DNA of 64,000 nucleotides. Source: Octopus bimaculoides. Its lineage: Eukaryota. Numbering within the stretch: position 1 is the first letter of the stretch; every line of letters starts with the position of its first letter. The position numbers were made by a program, and so were the translations under genes. Location: the NCBI RefSeq assembly GCF_001194135.2, contig NC_068985.1, positions 81,200,233 to 81,264,232 on the forward strand, read 5' to 3'. The notes under the pieces were generated by a model. It was not told the origin of the DNA and ran no database searches. It saw only the letters and a program-made list of their open reading frames with translations. Shown here in pieces: positions 37,265 through 51,140 of the stretch.

Positions 37265-39349
37265 CTGTGTGTGTGTGTATGTGTGTCTATGTGTCTGTCC
37301 TAGTGAATGCTTACATTCTGCAATTTGCATAGAAATTGCTGACCTGTGGATAATGATATTTGTTGGTCTTTCCCTGTGAACAAATCGTCTGATACTGCTC
37401 CACTTTTGGAGATGAGTGGAATGAAAACTCCCTTATTTGAAACGCATGTAAAAGTTACCAACATGAAGTGCATCTGGCTGGGAAACAATAGCTTGGTTAT
37501 ATGTATTTGTCTGAACCATGCTATCATGGAGAAAAGATGAAAAACAAAAAAAGAAAGAAGAACATAAAGTGAATGAACAAATATACAATGGCTGTGATGA
37601 TAGAAATCTATTCATAAAATATAGAAATATTAAACTCCCTAAGTTACAAACGGTGCAGTCATTGCAAGTATGCTTCAATGCTTAGACTTTATAAAAATAT
37701 ATTGGAAACACTGAAGATAATTGAAAACTTTCATTTTGACTTGTCTTTTTAATTTATGAATATTTCCTATAATTTATCTTCCAGATTTGAAGTCTACTGA
37801 CGTTATGAATCAAGTACTTTTAGATCAATTAAGCCATACACTTTGTGCTGGAGTGTAAAATATAAACTGCCTGGGCCATATATTTTACAAATGTGATATA
37901 AAACTAAAAGAGTCTTAAAAGTTTAAAATGATAGTGACATGTATATATAGAGGGGTGGGGCCAATAGAGAAGCAGGGAGAAGAATCAACAATATTGTTTT
38001 TGTTTTTATTATTTTTATTATTGCTTGCATTATCGTGTTTGTAAAATTAGACATAGCTGATAAAAATTGAATTTACAGTCAATCTTCATTGATCTATAAA
38101 TGTACTTCAAAGAACAGTCTATAATTTTTGTGAATAAATTATTGATATAAGCCAGGGGAAAATCATAAAATATTAATTTATCTTTACATTTTAAAAATAT
38201 AATGATATGCATCACAAGAGAGCTTACCTATTATTTATGGGAGATATTAACTGTTAGCAACTAACTTAAATCTTGCTTCATTACACATGGTTGTGTAACA
38301 GGTCAGCCAAGTTAAAATTATAAATGCTTCAGATCTACTTCAAATAGTATGTTAGCTGAGGTTTTATGATTATCTAGGTTATCTGGGTTGAAGATCAGCA
38401 ATAAGATAAGCAGAGATGATATAGAAAAACAGGATCTACATTAGAATTGTTTTGATTAAAGTATTTTAAGCTATATTAAGCAATCAACTTATCAAACTTA
38501 TCTAATTTCTCTCTAGATTTTGAAAGCATTCAACTGTTAAAGGCTTTATAAAATGGAGACGAATTTGGTAGAACTGTTTTTTTAAAATTCCTTTTTAAAT
38601 TTTAAATAGCTTCTTTTTTTTTCCATGGTGATATACAAAGGTTGGGTTGGCAAATTTTAATATGCTTTTCATGTAATATGGAAACAGTGCCTAATTTCAC
38701 CTAAGTAAACTAAATGAAGTGGTGTGAACAATGTGCTTTGTCTATGTTTACACTTAGAGTTAATCAATAGTTTAAATGATTAGGTGAGAGACTCCATTTG
38801 TCATCTGGTTTAACAACACTTATCAGCATTTCCAGCAGATTCCACTCTGTTGCAAACCTTTAGGCCAGGTTTTGTGGTTGTTTTTCTTCCTCCCCTTCCA
38901 AATATCTCTGAGGCCCTGCAAAAAAAAAAAAAAAAAAAAAAAAGGCATGGTAAATGTTCTTTATCCTTTGACCAATTTAAAACTGGTTTTAATTCACTAA
39001 ACATTTTATTGCCCACATGATGAGAGATAATCACTTTACTAAGTAGTCATACCAGTGGCTGACCCTTTTGGAGATTCAGCTATTTCTGCAGCTATTATTA
39101 ATTACTAGCTTATTATCGGCTGGCTTTTAAGCTAGCTCCTTGGGCCCAACAATGACACCTCATGCATTGAGCATAAATTAAATTATATTAAACTTGACCA
39201 ATATTTTTCAAGCAATGAACAATTTTCGTCAAAACAATGATATAATCTGTTAACTTGGAACTTATTGCAAAGCTGCATGATAAACAACATTTTTTGTCTT
39301 CCCATTCGGGGGTCAGTACAATTTCTTTTTTCTGTCTAACCTCTTTCTT

Positions 39350-39394
<45 letters not shown>

Positions 39395-40489
39395 TTCTGT
39401 TGATTGTTTACAACCATAACCACCACCATTGCCACTACAACTACCATGCACACACCATTCAGACTTCTGATGCCACCACCATCAATACCTTTGACTTCGC
39501 TGCCTTCCCCTCCACCACCATCACCACTGTCTTTCACATCGCTTACTATCATCTTCATCCCTGACTGCCTTGGCTACTACCACCACCACCATCACCATCA
39601 CCGTACCTCCACCTCTATCACAACTCATACTATTACTATCACCCCATTACCATTCACAACCGTCAATCTACTCCTCCCCATTTTTATGCCTACTATTACT
39701 CTCATCTTATCATGAGGAATAGTGAGAGAGGGGGGTCAAAGTGTGACACACTGACACACAGAAATATGTTTTGGCATCTATTATTATAGATGAAATTACT
39801 ACTTTTCCTTTCAAATAAATAAATAGATAAATAAATAAATGCAATATTATTAGAACGAAATGAATGACCAAGTGGACAGACAATAAATCAATATTTCAAA
39901 ATAATTTTAAATATAACCATAATTCAGTTTTTAGGCTGTGTTCAAATCAGAAACTCTTACCATAAAAGTTTCTAATTTGAAACCAGTCTGTTATTATAAA
40001 CATATCAAAAAATAAAACATAGTCAGGTACTGAGCTTACAAAAATGTAGTCTAGATATGAATATTGTAAATATGCAAAGAACTGGTCCAGAAAATTATAA
40101 TCCTATAATTATAATTCTATGGGTGTAATCCTAAGTTGACTGTGATTTACTGGATGTTTGATAATTTCTAGCACATACAGCTAATTGAGAATGAAACTCT
40201 GGCTTAAATGCAGTTGTTTATCTATGCTGGAGATAAATGTTGGTATAAACACGGCAATCCCATTTACATAACATCAAAAACTGCATTTCATAAGTTAACT
40301 TTCATCTGCATTATCAGAAATTAATGCAGTTCTGATCAGCTTCTGACTATAAAATTTTAAAATTTGAAGTAAAGCCTACAATGGAGAACTGCTCCTGCTT
40401 GGGTAGAAGTGTTACTGCTATACAAAGAAAAAAAAAAAAAATCTTAGATTGATTCCAAAAGGTCATCCAGCTTACTGACAAAGACTCAG

Positions 40490-40700
40490 TGACTGACACA
40501 CTACCCATTGACACATGATGTTCCCTCACTCTCTATATTCTATACCTACTACAACAATCTTTGTTCATCTGAACAAGTTAGTTACATGTCATCTTTCCCC
40601 ACAGTTTCCTGATGCAGTTGTCTGTCCTCCTTGTATCACTCCTATGTTCTTGCTCTTATCCAGGCTCTGCATTAACTATGGTACAATGCTATACATTTGT
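40490..40700 (+). mobile_element. CR1/L2-group LINE 3' ORF remnant
   Basis: SLSIFYTYYNNLCSSEQVSY resembles SLSLFYRYYNG.CSSEL. Confidence 0.55.
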
Positions 40701-41759
40701 AGAGGAGGAAGATAGTCTCTACATACCTGGTACTTGCTGCATTGACTTGAGAGTGGTGGAAAAAATCCCTGATGCCAGCTGGATTTGAATATATAAAACA
40801 AATGGATGTTATCATTCTTGTTACTCCATTACCATGTAGGCACAGAGACAAATATAGTAATAAACAATATGCATTCTACATTGGTGTAGATTTGAAAAGG
40901 AACTACTAGTTATGTTAGATGAACAGCTTTAGATGGAAAAAATGGTGAAGATGAGAATAAAAAATGAGTTTAGCTCAAAGTTTTGAAAAGGTGCAAAGTT
41001 CACTAAGTCAGAAGGTTTTATGTTAATGGTATGAGATAAACATATGTCAAGAGAATTTATTTATGCAAGAACTGTGTCTAGTTCTCAAAAGAATTCATGG
41101 TTGGAAGTAACAAACCATATTGCATAAGTTGATCCAAGATTCCAGTCTTTAGACATTTCTTAAAGCCAATAACAAAAAGGGTGGATACAGAATAAGAAGA
41201 AAGAATTTTCATGACTCTCATACAACTGATAATTCTTTATCTATGGTCTAAAAGTGAAATCAACTTTAGAGATAGAGAGAGAGATAGAGAGAGAGAATGA
41301 GTGTGTTTCACTGTAGTTTATAGCATTTGTTTCCTTTATAATTTTTAAACATAGTGGAGATAATAAACTAAAATATAGGAGACAAAAGTCTGTAAATCTG
41401 CTAAGAAGTCATATTAATAGTCAGTGAATTAACAGTATAATCTAAAATAAGAGAAATATACTTTTATGTCATTGCCATAATTCAGATGACAGTTTGCTTT
41501 TTTTATAATTTTTTTGATAGTCATATAAAAGTGATGTGCCTTTTTAATGCAGTCTGTATGAAAGGATTTATGGTTAGATTTTGGTGGAGTTTAGTAGTTA
41601 AGCAGGTCAGTTAAATTTTTGAACTATTTGCTTGGTTGACTTATCATAGATTGAGTACATGGCAATTTTAAAGAGTATTTAATTAGCAACTGAAGCAAAT
41701 TAAAAGTGTGTTCTATCAGTATTATTAGAAAAAAAAAGAAGATAAAAGTGATCAAGAAC

Positions 41760-42155
41760 TTAATGACGATCGAGCTAAAATATAATTAGCTATTTGAGTC
41801 TACAGGCAGATGTTTTGCAAATAAAAAAGAAGAGGTTTATTTTCTAGTCTGTATAATGCCATCTTATAATGGACTGGTCATATTTATAGATGAAAAAATA
41901 GATTCTAGGCCAATATGGTATACAACAATTTCTGAACTGCAAACTAAAATCTATGGCAATTGTTTTAGAGGGACTTACTTAAGGAAAGAATTTCTCAATG
42001 GAATTAAAAGACCATATAGCCAAAAATACTGTATAAGTGTGTTGAAAAACCTAGTCTTTGGTAGAGCCACAAAGCTAATGACAAAAGTGAAAGAATATGA
42101 TGGTATTGAAGAGAGAAGATTGAGGACCATAGCTAATTACTTAGATCTTTAGAAG
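41760..42155 (+). mobile_element. Heavily decayed RTE LINE C-terminal remnant
   Basis: L*WTGHIYR resembles LRWAGHV.RM; many stops. Confidence 0.45.
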
Positions 42156-42223
42156 AGTACAATCTTCTAAAATAATTTTGGTGTGTGTGCGTAAGACTTG
42201 TAATGAAATATCATAATTTCAAG

Positions 42224-42309
42224 TTTTTTTGTAGTCAAAGTCACATGTTTTTTTTTTTGTAGTCAAAGTCACATGTTTTTTTTTTTGTAGTCAAAGTCAC
42301 ATGTTTTTT
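42224..42309. repeat. Three tandem copies of (T)n-gtagtcaaagtcacatg
   Basis: Direct reading; period about 28 bp. Confidence 0.95.
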
Positions 42310-42894
42310 CTAGTAGTATTTGAAGTTGTACAGTTTGATTCACTAAACTTATGATCAAAATCATTCTAAAAGACTGAACAACCGTATAGAGTAAGGGACC
42401 CCTAAAAACCTTATATGGATCCCTGTTGAGGACCACTTATGTTGAGGTTTCCTTCAACACTTATGCTTTTGATATTTATCATCCATTGATGTAGGTTTGA
42501 CAATCAGGATGTCACCAAAAAGAAAAAAATAACAAAATAGTACTGCTCTACTACAACAATCTTTAGTGAAAGCATATGGGTTTCAACTTGAAAATACTAT
42601 TGTTAGGGAAGTTAACACTCATCAGATGATAACAAATGTTATCATATATAGATGTATGCCTCTTCTCTGTATGTAATAAATAAAAAGTCACCATAATCTG
42701 ATTACACATTTCTGTAATATTAATCTTTGAAAGAAAGAAAAAATACATAGTTGAGTGCTTAAGAAGTTTTCTTTGTCCCTACATAATTCTGGTCTTGACC
42801 CACTGTGTGGAACTTTGGGCATCTCAAGATGATCACTGCTTTATGAGTGAGATTTGAGAGACAAACTATGAAGAAGTCCATTTTGTATGTGTGT

Positions 42895-43222
42895 GTAAAG
42901 GTGTGTAGTTTAGTGATTAGGACATTTGACTAATGATCGTAAGGTCGTAAAGTTTGACACCTGATAGCATGTTGTGTCCTCGAGCAAGAGACTTTCTTTC
43001 CTATTGCTCCAGTCCACTCCGCTAGCAAAAGTGAGTTGTACCTGTAATTGAAAGGGCCAGCCTTGTCACATTCAGTGCTACGATGAATCTTCCTGAGAAC
43101 TATGTTAAGGGTACATGTGTCTGTGGAGTGCTAAGCCACTTTCACATTAGTTCCACTAGCAGGCTATTCCACTGATCAGATCAACTGAAACTCACATCAT
43201 TGCTACTGAAAGAGTGCCAGTT
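42895..43222 (+). mobile_element. tRNA-headed SINE (family A variant)
   Basis: Aligns with 27727-28022. Confidence 0.85.
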
Positions 43223-43255
43223 GAAATTGAAACACACATATACACACACACACAA

Positions 43256-43300
<45 letters not shown>

Positions 43301-43825
43301 TGTGCGTGAGTGTATACTGGTGTAAAATCTCTGGCATGTCATGCTGTATCCCTGTAAGTCACAATTTAATTTAGTCATTCAGTAGAGATCAATTAAAATC
43401 ATTACCAGACTAAAATAATTACTGGGTAAATATGATTTGACAAAACCCCTTCGAAACAGTGCCCCAGCTGCAGTCAGATAATTATATCAATAAAATAATA
43501 ACAGTTTATTAAAGCTAAATAGTGCAATTCACAGAAGATAACGATTTATAAATTCTTAAATTTCATTTATCCAAATGTTTAGTTAAGCTGACTACAAGGG
43601 ACTCCTCATAAAAGCTGTCAGATATACTATAAATTGAATACTTCTATACAGATGTACCTGTTGTATTTTAAATAGTCAGTGAAGACAGTTGACCCCTCTC
43701 AAAGTATCTTTTATGTAGTCATTGATTACAAAACCATTATCTGTTTTTGTCCCATAAGACCTCAGTATAATTCCTAAAACAAAAATATATTAGGGTGGCT
43801 AATATGATATCATCTGGAATGTAGC

Positions 43826-44042
43826 AAGGTGGCAAACTGGCAGAATCATTAGAATGCTGAACAAAAAAATTGCTTAGCAGCATTTTGTCTATTTTTACAT
43901 TCAAATTCCACCGTGGTCAACTTTGCCTTTCATCCTGTCAGGGGCTATGAATTAAGTGCCAGTCAAGTGCTGGAGTCAATGTAATAGACTAGCCCCCTTC
44001 ACCAGTATTTCAGTCCCTTGTGCCTATAGTAGAAAGGATTAT
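43826..44042 (+). mobile_element. SINE family C, solo copy
   Basis: Same head and body as the 17.8-20.3 kb copies. Confidence 0.85.
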
Positions 44043-46689
44043 CTGGTATGTAGCAGAATCTCAACCAATGACCTAATATTCAGTTATAGGACAGTGAAAA
44101 ACATTCAGAGTGTGTAGTATTAAAGAATATAAGCAAATAATATTTTAGTTGAAAATTTTAAGACTATACAGAAACATTTTGAAATGGGATAGAGACAAGT
44201 TCATAAAATGTATGCAACCAGCAGAACTGTTAGAGAAAGACGATGTAGCTCATACAATTGATTTGAAAGAACAAATGTGTAATTTTTTAATTTTTCATTA
44301 TATTTATGCAGATAATGAATTGTGCTTAAACAGCAAAATTCTTTTTATCTCCTATGTTAACAGAAATAGCCTATAATCTGTTTTGTCTGTGTCTTTCGTA
44401 CATGTTTCAGAAAAGAAAATGATAGGCCACTTTAACATCTTAACAATTCACAAGACTGCCATTTATAGGAAATTTCATGTGTCTACATTCAAAATATCTA
44501 AACAATTAAAAAAAAAAAAAACCCTCACAGAAAGTATTGATGCTTAGAAATATTTTTAACTTTTATTATGCTTTGAAACTGGTTTTGTCTGAAGCTTCTA
44601 TGAAAATCTTCCATTTGCTATAAATTAGATATATTGCCTTCCTTGGACATTTTTTTCTGCTTTTCCTTTTTCATTCTTTTTGAGATTGAATGACATAAAC
44701 TAAGTTGGGTGAAATATTAAGTAGCCATTGCATTTATTTAAATTGTAATATGAAGTATAAAAACATTATCAAAAAGGCATTTTCTGGAAACATGTTGTTT
44801 TAAAAATATGAGACACCAACAGGAAGCATTTTTTTGTTATTACAAAACATTCAAAGTTTCCAATAGACTAGAATACATTTCAAAAAGACTCCAATTTACA
44901 AATGCTTAAAAGGATTTTTTCTTTTCTCTCTTAAAGCTAGTTGGCGCCATTAGAATTTGATAGCATCATTTTTCATCAACTGCAATATTTTCCTGGTAAT
45001 AACGCTAGTAAGATATCACATATCATATGATCTTAACTATGAACATTTGACATTGTTGCCATTTTTGTTTTTGTTTTAAATATATCTAAAACAATTAAAA
45101 GACAAGGAAAATATCTGCAAATAGGAAACATGGATTGCAATATTTGCTGGACCAGAATGATTTTCTAATGACCATCTGTTTTGACAGAATGCACTATTTT
45201 ATGTCCTAGTCAGTGAGTATATGACGATAAGTCATAAAACTTGTCATCATATATCTGATCAAATTCCATTTGTCTTCTGCGACAATTGGGAAACTCTATA
45301 TGCAAGCGAGAAATATGCCTTTCATACAAATATTATTTACTTAATTCTACTAAATCTTATTTTGTTTCTATATTTCATTTTTTACTTCTTTTAATTTCTT
45401 TCCACTAATGAAAATCTGCTATTGACAGCTCTTGGTTGCTTTTAACTAAAGGTTTTTCTTGTAATGTTCTTTATTTTGTTTATTTGAACAACCTGAGAGT
45501 AAATGTTATAAATTAGTCATGAATCACTCTCGTGTAACTTCAGTTTATTAAAATTATTTAAAAACTGCAAATCTTGTATTAATGCAAATACATTTCACTA
45601 AATCCAGAGAATGGAATTAAATAATGCACACTACATGACATAGGTTCAAACCTTGCTACAGGCAGAGGACTGTACTCTGAGGCAACGCATGCCATTGTTC
45701 TGGTTGACTCAGTCAATAGAAATAAATGCTTAGTATTATAAATGGTTGAGGTGCTGGGTCACTGCTGAACATTTTAATCTCTGTGTAGTGATACCAGGGT
45801 ATGTGTGTATGCATGTGCATGTTTGTGCACGTGTGTGTGTATGTCTGTGTGTGTGTATTAATTAATCCACATTGTTTTCTGAATCACTGAAATTTACGGA
45901 TGGAACTGGTACTTATGGTGGGAAACAAATCTCTTCATGGACTGAACATTAGACTATTGCAAGTTGCATTTGTAATTGATCTTGGCTCTGCAAACCGATA
46001 GTTACTTATCAATTGCACACTACTTCCACTTCTACAGGAATCATATTTTCTCCTCCATTTTTTTCCTTCATTTGTTAGAGCAATTGATTGCACAGCCATG
46101 ATACCATTCCTACTGTAAGCCATTTAACAGGAATGCTTGTTGGGACTAGTTTTTCAGCAGTCAAATAAACTGGAGCAAGTAGAGTAGTTTTTTTATTTTG
46201 TTCTGCAGCCCAACCCAGCAACTGTATTATTAAGGTCTTACATCGTCAATAGTTCAACCATTTAACATCTTAACTATTTTCGCCCTCAATTGCTTTCATT
46301 TTTCCAATACCTTTTTTTTTAAAAATCAGGTGAGACAATGTTGGATGGACAACTGACCATTTAGTTATATGTACAAATCTTATTATTTTCTTTGTATTGC
46401 ATGTCTGTTTGAAATTACGTTTTGCTTTACTAATCTAAATCGCATTTTTGTCTTATTTCATGGCTAGATTATTATTAGTAGTAGGAAGCTTGTCCAACTT
46501 CAAAAGTTATTGCTTCAACAGATAAACCTTCTGGTCTCTTTTCAAACATTGGAAAATGAATGTAGAACAGCATTTGGAAAATGGTTGAGCAAATGTTCTA
46601 TTTTACTTCATTGAGTAGAACATTTCTTGTTATTTCTGATTAGATTTTTTTTATTATATGCTGAGTCTGAAGAATGAAGAGGAAAGAAT

Positions 46690-47120
46690 AGTTCATGGCC
46701 ATTGAGGCACTGGTGAGATTGATGCCATTAATGTTCCTCTTGAACTTTAATGAGTCAACATTTTCAGGAAAGACATGAGTAGAGAAGGAATTCCAGAGAG
46801 CCAACATTACGAGTCAGAAGGCTTGTCAGGGTAGTGATTAGTGCAAAGTTGATGAGGAGAGACAAGTAGGATTGGAATATCTGAGAGGAGGTAGCTTGTT
46901 TGTAGAAGTAGAGTTCATTATAGGTAAAGTAGAAAGGCAGAGAGAGGAGGTAGCATGCCAATGGACCAGAAGCTGGATTGTGTCTGTGGGTGACTTTATG
47001 CTAGTCACTTAGATGGCCCATATTTGGATGTGGTCTAGGATATCTGTGTGGGCAGCACCAGCAGTACCATCCCAAATGTGAGAGCAAACTCTATTGTGGG
47101 TATTGCCAATGCTTTGCGAG
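46690..47120 (-). mobile_element. CR1/L2-group LINE 3' end
   Basis: Minus strand ..LLSLPFYF.. and LWNSFSTHVFPENVDSLKFKRNINGI, resembling LWNSLP..VFP......FK..IN. Confidence 0.7.
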
Positions 47121-48340
47121 GGATCAATAATTGTTAGTAGCAGGAAGGTCATCCAATAAAAAAATACATGCCCTAACAAATAAGCATTTTGACCCTATTC
47201 AAACTTCGGAATATGAATGTAAAACAGTTAAAAAAATAAAAATACTGACCAAACCCTATCTATTTTTTTCAGCAAATCAAACACTAAACATCCTCTGTTA
47301 TCATTGTTCAAGTTTAATTGTTATAATGGCATTACATTTTAAACACACTTCTTCATTAAGCTACCTTTAAATAGAAACAATGAAAGAAAGCCCTATAGAA
47401 CCTATCTGGAAAAAAAAAAACCTTCTTTTCTTCCATTTTAGCTACCATGTTCTTATGGCTAAATCGATCTTTCTTCCATAAAAGATTTTATTGAAATGAT
47501 TTATATGTCAAATGTAAGATGTACAACAAAAGCTGCAAAGTTCAGTGCATATCAGTTTTACAATCATAACCTGAAATTTTTCATCTTATCTATGCATGTC
47601 ACACATGTTATCCATCACTAGCAGTAATCAGCAAAGACATTTAACTGAACATTCTATTGTCTTCAGGCCTTTTCTCATACAACAGATGATCAATTATCTT
47701 CCATTCATTTTGTTAATATTTTCTACTATATTTTTTAATCACTTTATTAACAATTTCATAGAGGACAGAAACAAGAACAACAAATCAAAACCAAAAAGGT
47801 TTCATGAAAGAACATTTTGATATTAATCCTTTGTTTGTGTTGTTGTTATTGTTACTGCTGCTGCTGCTGTTGTTGTTGTTATTACTCTGTATCCCATTCC
47901 TATGTCTTCTTTTGACATCTATTTTAAGAATCACTGAAATGGATTTAAATGATTCAGAGAATGGAGAGAGAATCTTTTCAAATAGTTGTTGTCTTTAATC
48001 TCACATACATATACTTCATGTTGGACTTCATTTATAAATTTCATGTTTGACAGTTAAGATTTCTTTAATTTTATAAAGAAAAAAAAAATGGTTTGCTTTC
48101 TATTCATGTAATCTTGTTATTCAGTGTCTATTAATTAGTTTCCTGTTACTGAATTTATTATTAGTTTGTTACTAATTGCTATTGCTGTTGTTACAGTTGT
48201 TATATATGAAAATTTATAGAGGAGTAACCACAGTAAATAAATGTTTAGTAGTCTTAAATTATGTCCTTTTTGATTCTGAACTCAGATATTACTGCGGTTG
48301 ATTTTGCCTTTCAGTCAAATGCACTGGAGTTCATCACAGT

Positions 48341-48531
48341 TTAACTCTTTAACATTTAAACCGACCATATCCTGCCAAAATACTTTACCTGTTTTATGTC
48401 TAAAGTGACAAGATTCAACCTCTCACTCCTACCCAACAATGTCTTTCTAAAAGTAAACAATCACATCATCAAAACAATGTTAATAAATAGGCATTATGTT
48501 TGACATAATAATCTGAATGTTAAAGGGCTAA
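48341..48531. mobile_element. piggyBac-type MITE, same family as 10245, opposite orientation, more decayed
   Basis: ttaactctttaacatt ... aatgttaaagggctaa. Confidence 0.75.
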
Positions 48532-48639
48532 GCACTAAAATATGGTGTTGCTCATTTGGCAGGTGTCACTGATTGTAAATGATCATTAAGGAATGAAATG
48601 GAGTATTTTACAAAGTCTAACGTTTTGACACACTGAGCT

Positions 48640-49105
48640 CTAATTGTGGAGGGTACCTGTGGAAAGGGCAGATCCAAGAAGATATGGGATTAATTGGGGA
48701 GAAAGGATCTTTGGGTGCTGGGCCTCATTAAAGAAATGATAAGGGACCAAGAGATATGGCAGTTTGCTGTACTTGGTAAGACACATCAACCTAAGTAAAA
48801 TCACTCTTTCACACATACAGGTTTGTCCTTTCAGGTGCCAGTGCCACTTAAAAAGCACTCAAACTAGTGCTGTGTTAATACACCTGTGCAAGTGATGTGT
48901 AAATGCACCTCTGCCAGTAGCATGTAAAAAGCATCCAGCACACTCTGCTAAGTGGTTGGCATTAGGAAGGGCATCCAGTCATAGAAAGCATTCCACAATA
49001 GAGAGTTGGAGTCTGGACAGCTCCCCGCTATCCAGCACCAAGTTAAACAATCAAACCCATACCAGCATGGAGAGTGGACGTTAAATGATGATAATGATGA
49101 TGATA
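48640..49105 (+). mobile_element. RTE LINE 3' end: ORF C-terminus, 3'UTR and (ATG)n tail
   Basis: IVEGTCGKGRSKKIWD..RKDLWVLGL..EMIRDQEIWQFAVLGKT, then the UTR ggttggcattaggaagggcatcc..ccagcatgg..gacgttaaatgatgat. Confidence 0.8.
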
Positions 49106-49299
49106 CTTATCATCTTGTGACTAGAGCAAAATAAACGACCAACAAATACAAAATCTTAAGATTCAACATACAAAGTATAATGCTTTTTTTTATGTATATA
49201 TGTGTGTGTATATATGTAAGCATATGTTTATTTGAATATGTGTGTGTTTATATATATGTTTTATATGCATATATATTTTATATATCTGTGTCTCTATCA

Positions 49300-49950
49300 C
49301 TATCTTCATCCATTTTAACATATATTATGTCATGCTTGCATGAGTGGACAAATCTTTAGCATCTGGTGCTTTGAATTGTTATGACTCTTTGTCATCTCTT
49401 GTATGAGATGCAACTTCTTGAAATCAGTCTTCATCTCTTGTCATCATAGGTCTCCCTCTTCCACTGGTTCTATTAACTGAGCTTTTGACACTTCTGTTAA
49501 CAGTTATCTTCTGTAAGGATCACCTGCTCATATCCGTAGTTTTGTCTTTCATAAACCACATCTGACCTTTTATATCAAGTTCTTCATTTAGCTCATATGT
49601 ACTCTGGTGTTTGTGCGCCCCAACATTACACATCTTATACAGCATGTCAGCTACATTTCTTCCTTTGTTTTCTTAAATCCTTAGCATTCAAGGCCTATAT
49701 TATACTATCATGCAACATTACACTTCACATGCAAGCATCATACAACCTGCCATTCATACTGAAGGATAAGTCCTTTGATTCCAGCAGAGGTAACAGTTTT
49801 CTGAACTTTATCCAACTGTTTGTGTGTGCCAGCAATCTGAGCTGGCAGTGTTTTAGTTCAAGGACCACATTATAACAGACAGTTTTGTAATACAGCTTCT
49901 CATTTGATACTTTGACAAGAAGATGTGACAGATTTTCCTTAAGCATCTAC
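49300..49950 (-). mobile_element. RTE LINE 3' fragment
   Basis: Minus strand SWIKFRKLLPLLESKDLSFSMNGRLYDACM..GRGRP; related to 20943-21415. Confidence 0.75.
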
Positions 49951-50181
49951 TGTGGATAGCAATGATCTTATTTATGTTTGCTTTCTTGACTTGCAGCACT
50001 CTATACATCGAGATATATTCAAATTTATGTATCTTAATATGTGTGTGTGTGTGTGTGTGTGTACTTGATACTATGTAAAAAGCATCCAGTACACTCTGCA
50101 AAGTGGTTGGTGTTAGGGAGCACATCCAACCATAGAACCCATGCCAGCATGGAAAATGAACTTTAAATGGTGATGATGGTG

Positions 50182-50238
<57 letters not shown>

Positions 50239-50282
50239 TGTAACTCAAGCCACTAGAGCATATAACTTCACACACATATGTA

Positions 50283-50324
<42 letters not shown>

Positions 50325-50399
50325 TACACACACACACACACACACATACAAAACATTTGTCATATTTACAATTTTTTCTAATTTTTCTTTTCTCATTTT

Positions 50400-50435
50400 A
50401 TTTTTGATGAAGGGCTTATGTCCAAAATATTAAGA
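50400..50435 (+). ncRNA. Decayed minimal hammerhead ribozyme motif
   Basis: TTTT-TTGATGA-A-GGGC ttat GTCC-AAAA-TA-T-T-AAGA, with AATAAA about 27 nt downstream; C3 and the CpG positions are mutated. Confidence 0.4.
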
Positions 50436-50719
50436 CACTTCTATTTCTCAGAGTATAGTATTAATAAACTATATCCTTTATATCTGTTACATCTGGTTCT
50501 CAGGCTGGATAGCACATAGTGCTCTTGAGCAAAATACTTCGCTTCACAATGCACCAGCTCATGCAAATGAAGGTGCATACCAGTGATATTTAGGAATTAA
50601 CCTTGTGATGTACCAGCATCTCAGCCAGAAGAGAGTATTGAATTTTCAGTTGCTTATATGCCACAGAAAATGAGGTTTATGTCTTAATATTATATATACA
50701 TTGCATAACCAACCCATTT

Positions 50720-51140
50720 AAAAAGTATCTTTGAATTGTCGAGCGACACACCATGCTTGAGGAGACCTATTGATTCAAGTAAAATCAAAATCAAAATCAC
50801 AATCAGAATCTCAATCAAATTGAAATCAAAATGGAAATTGTAGTTGTGGCCGATGCCAGTGCTGCCTGATTGGCTCCCATGCTGGTGGCACACAATAAGC
50901 ACCATTCATGCGTGGGTCGATGCCAGTGCCGCCTGACTGGCTCCCCGTGCTGGTGGCACAGAAAAATCAACCACTACACTCTCAGGGTGGTTGGCGTTAG
51001 GAAGGGCATCCGACTGTAGAAAACCTTGCCAGATCAGATTGGAGCCTGGTGCAGCCTTCTGGCTTGCCAGTTTCCCAGTCAAACCATCCAACCCATGCCA
51101 GCATGGAAAACGGATGTTAAACGATGATGATGATGATCAT
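50720..51140 (+). mobile_element. RTE 3'UTR-sharing repeat with an internal ~65-bp duplication
   Basis: Two copies of gatgccagtgc.gcctga.tggctccc..gctggtggcaca, the shared RTE UTR, and a (GAT)n tail. Confidence 0.8.

Noticed and set aside
37304-37380. LHSAICIEIADL, superficially like KIF17 LRAAEVEIKDL
   Set aside because: No proper acceptor or phase, similarity ends immediately, and a stop follows.
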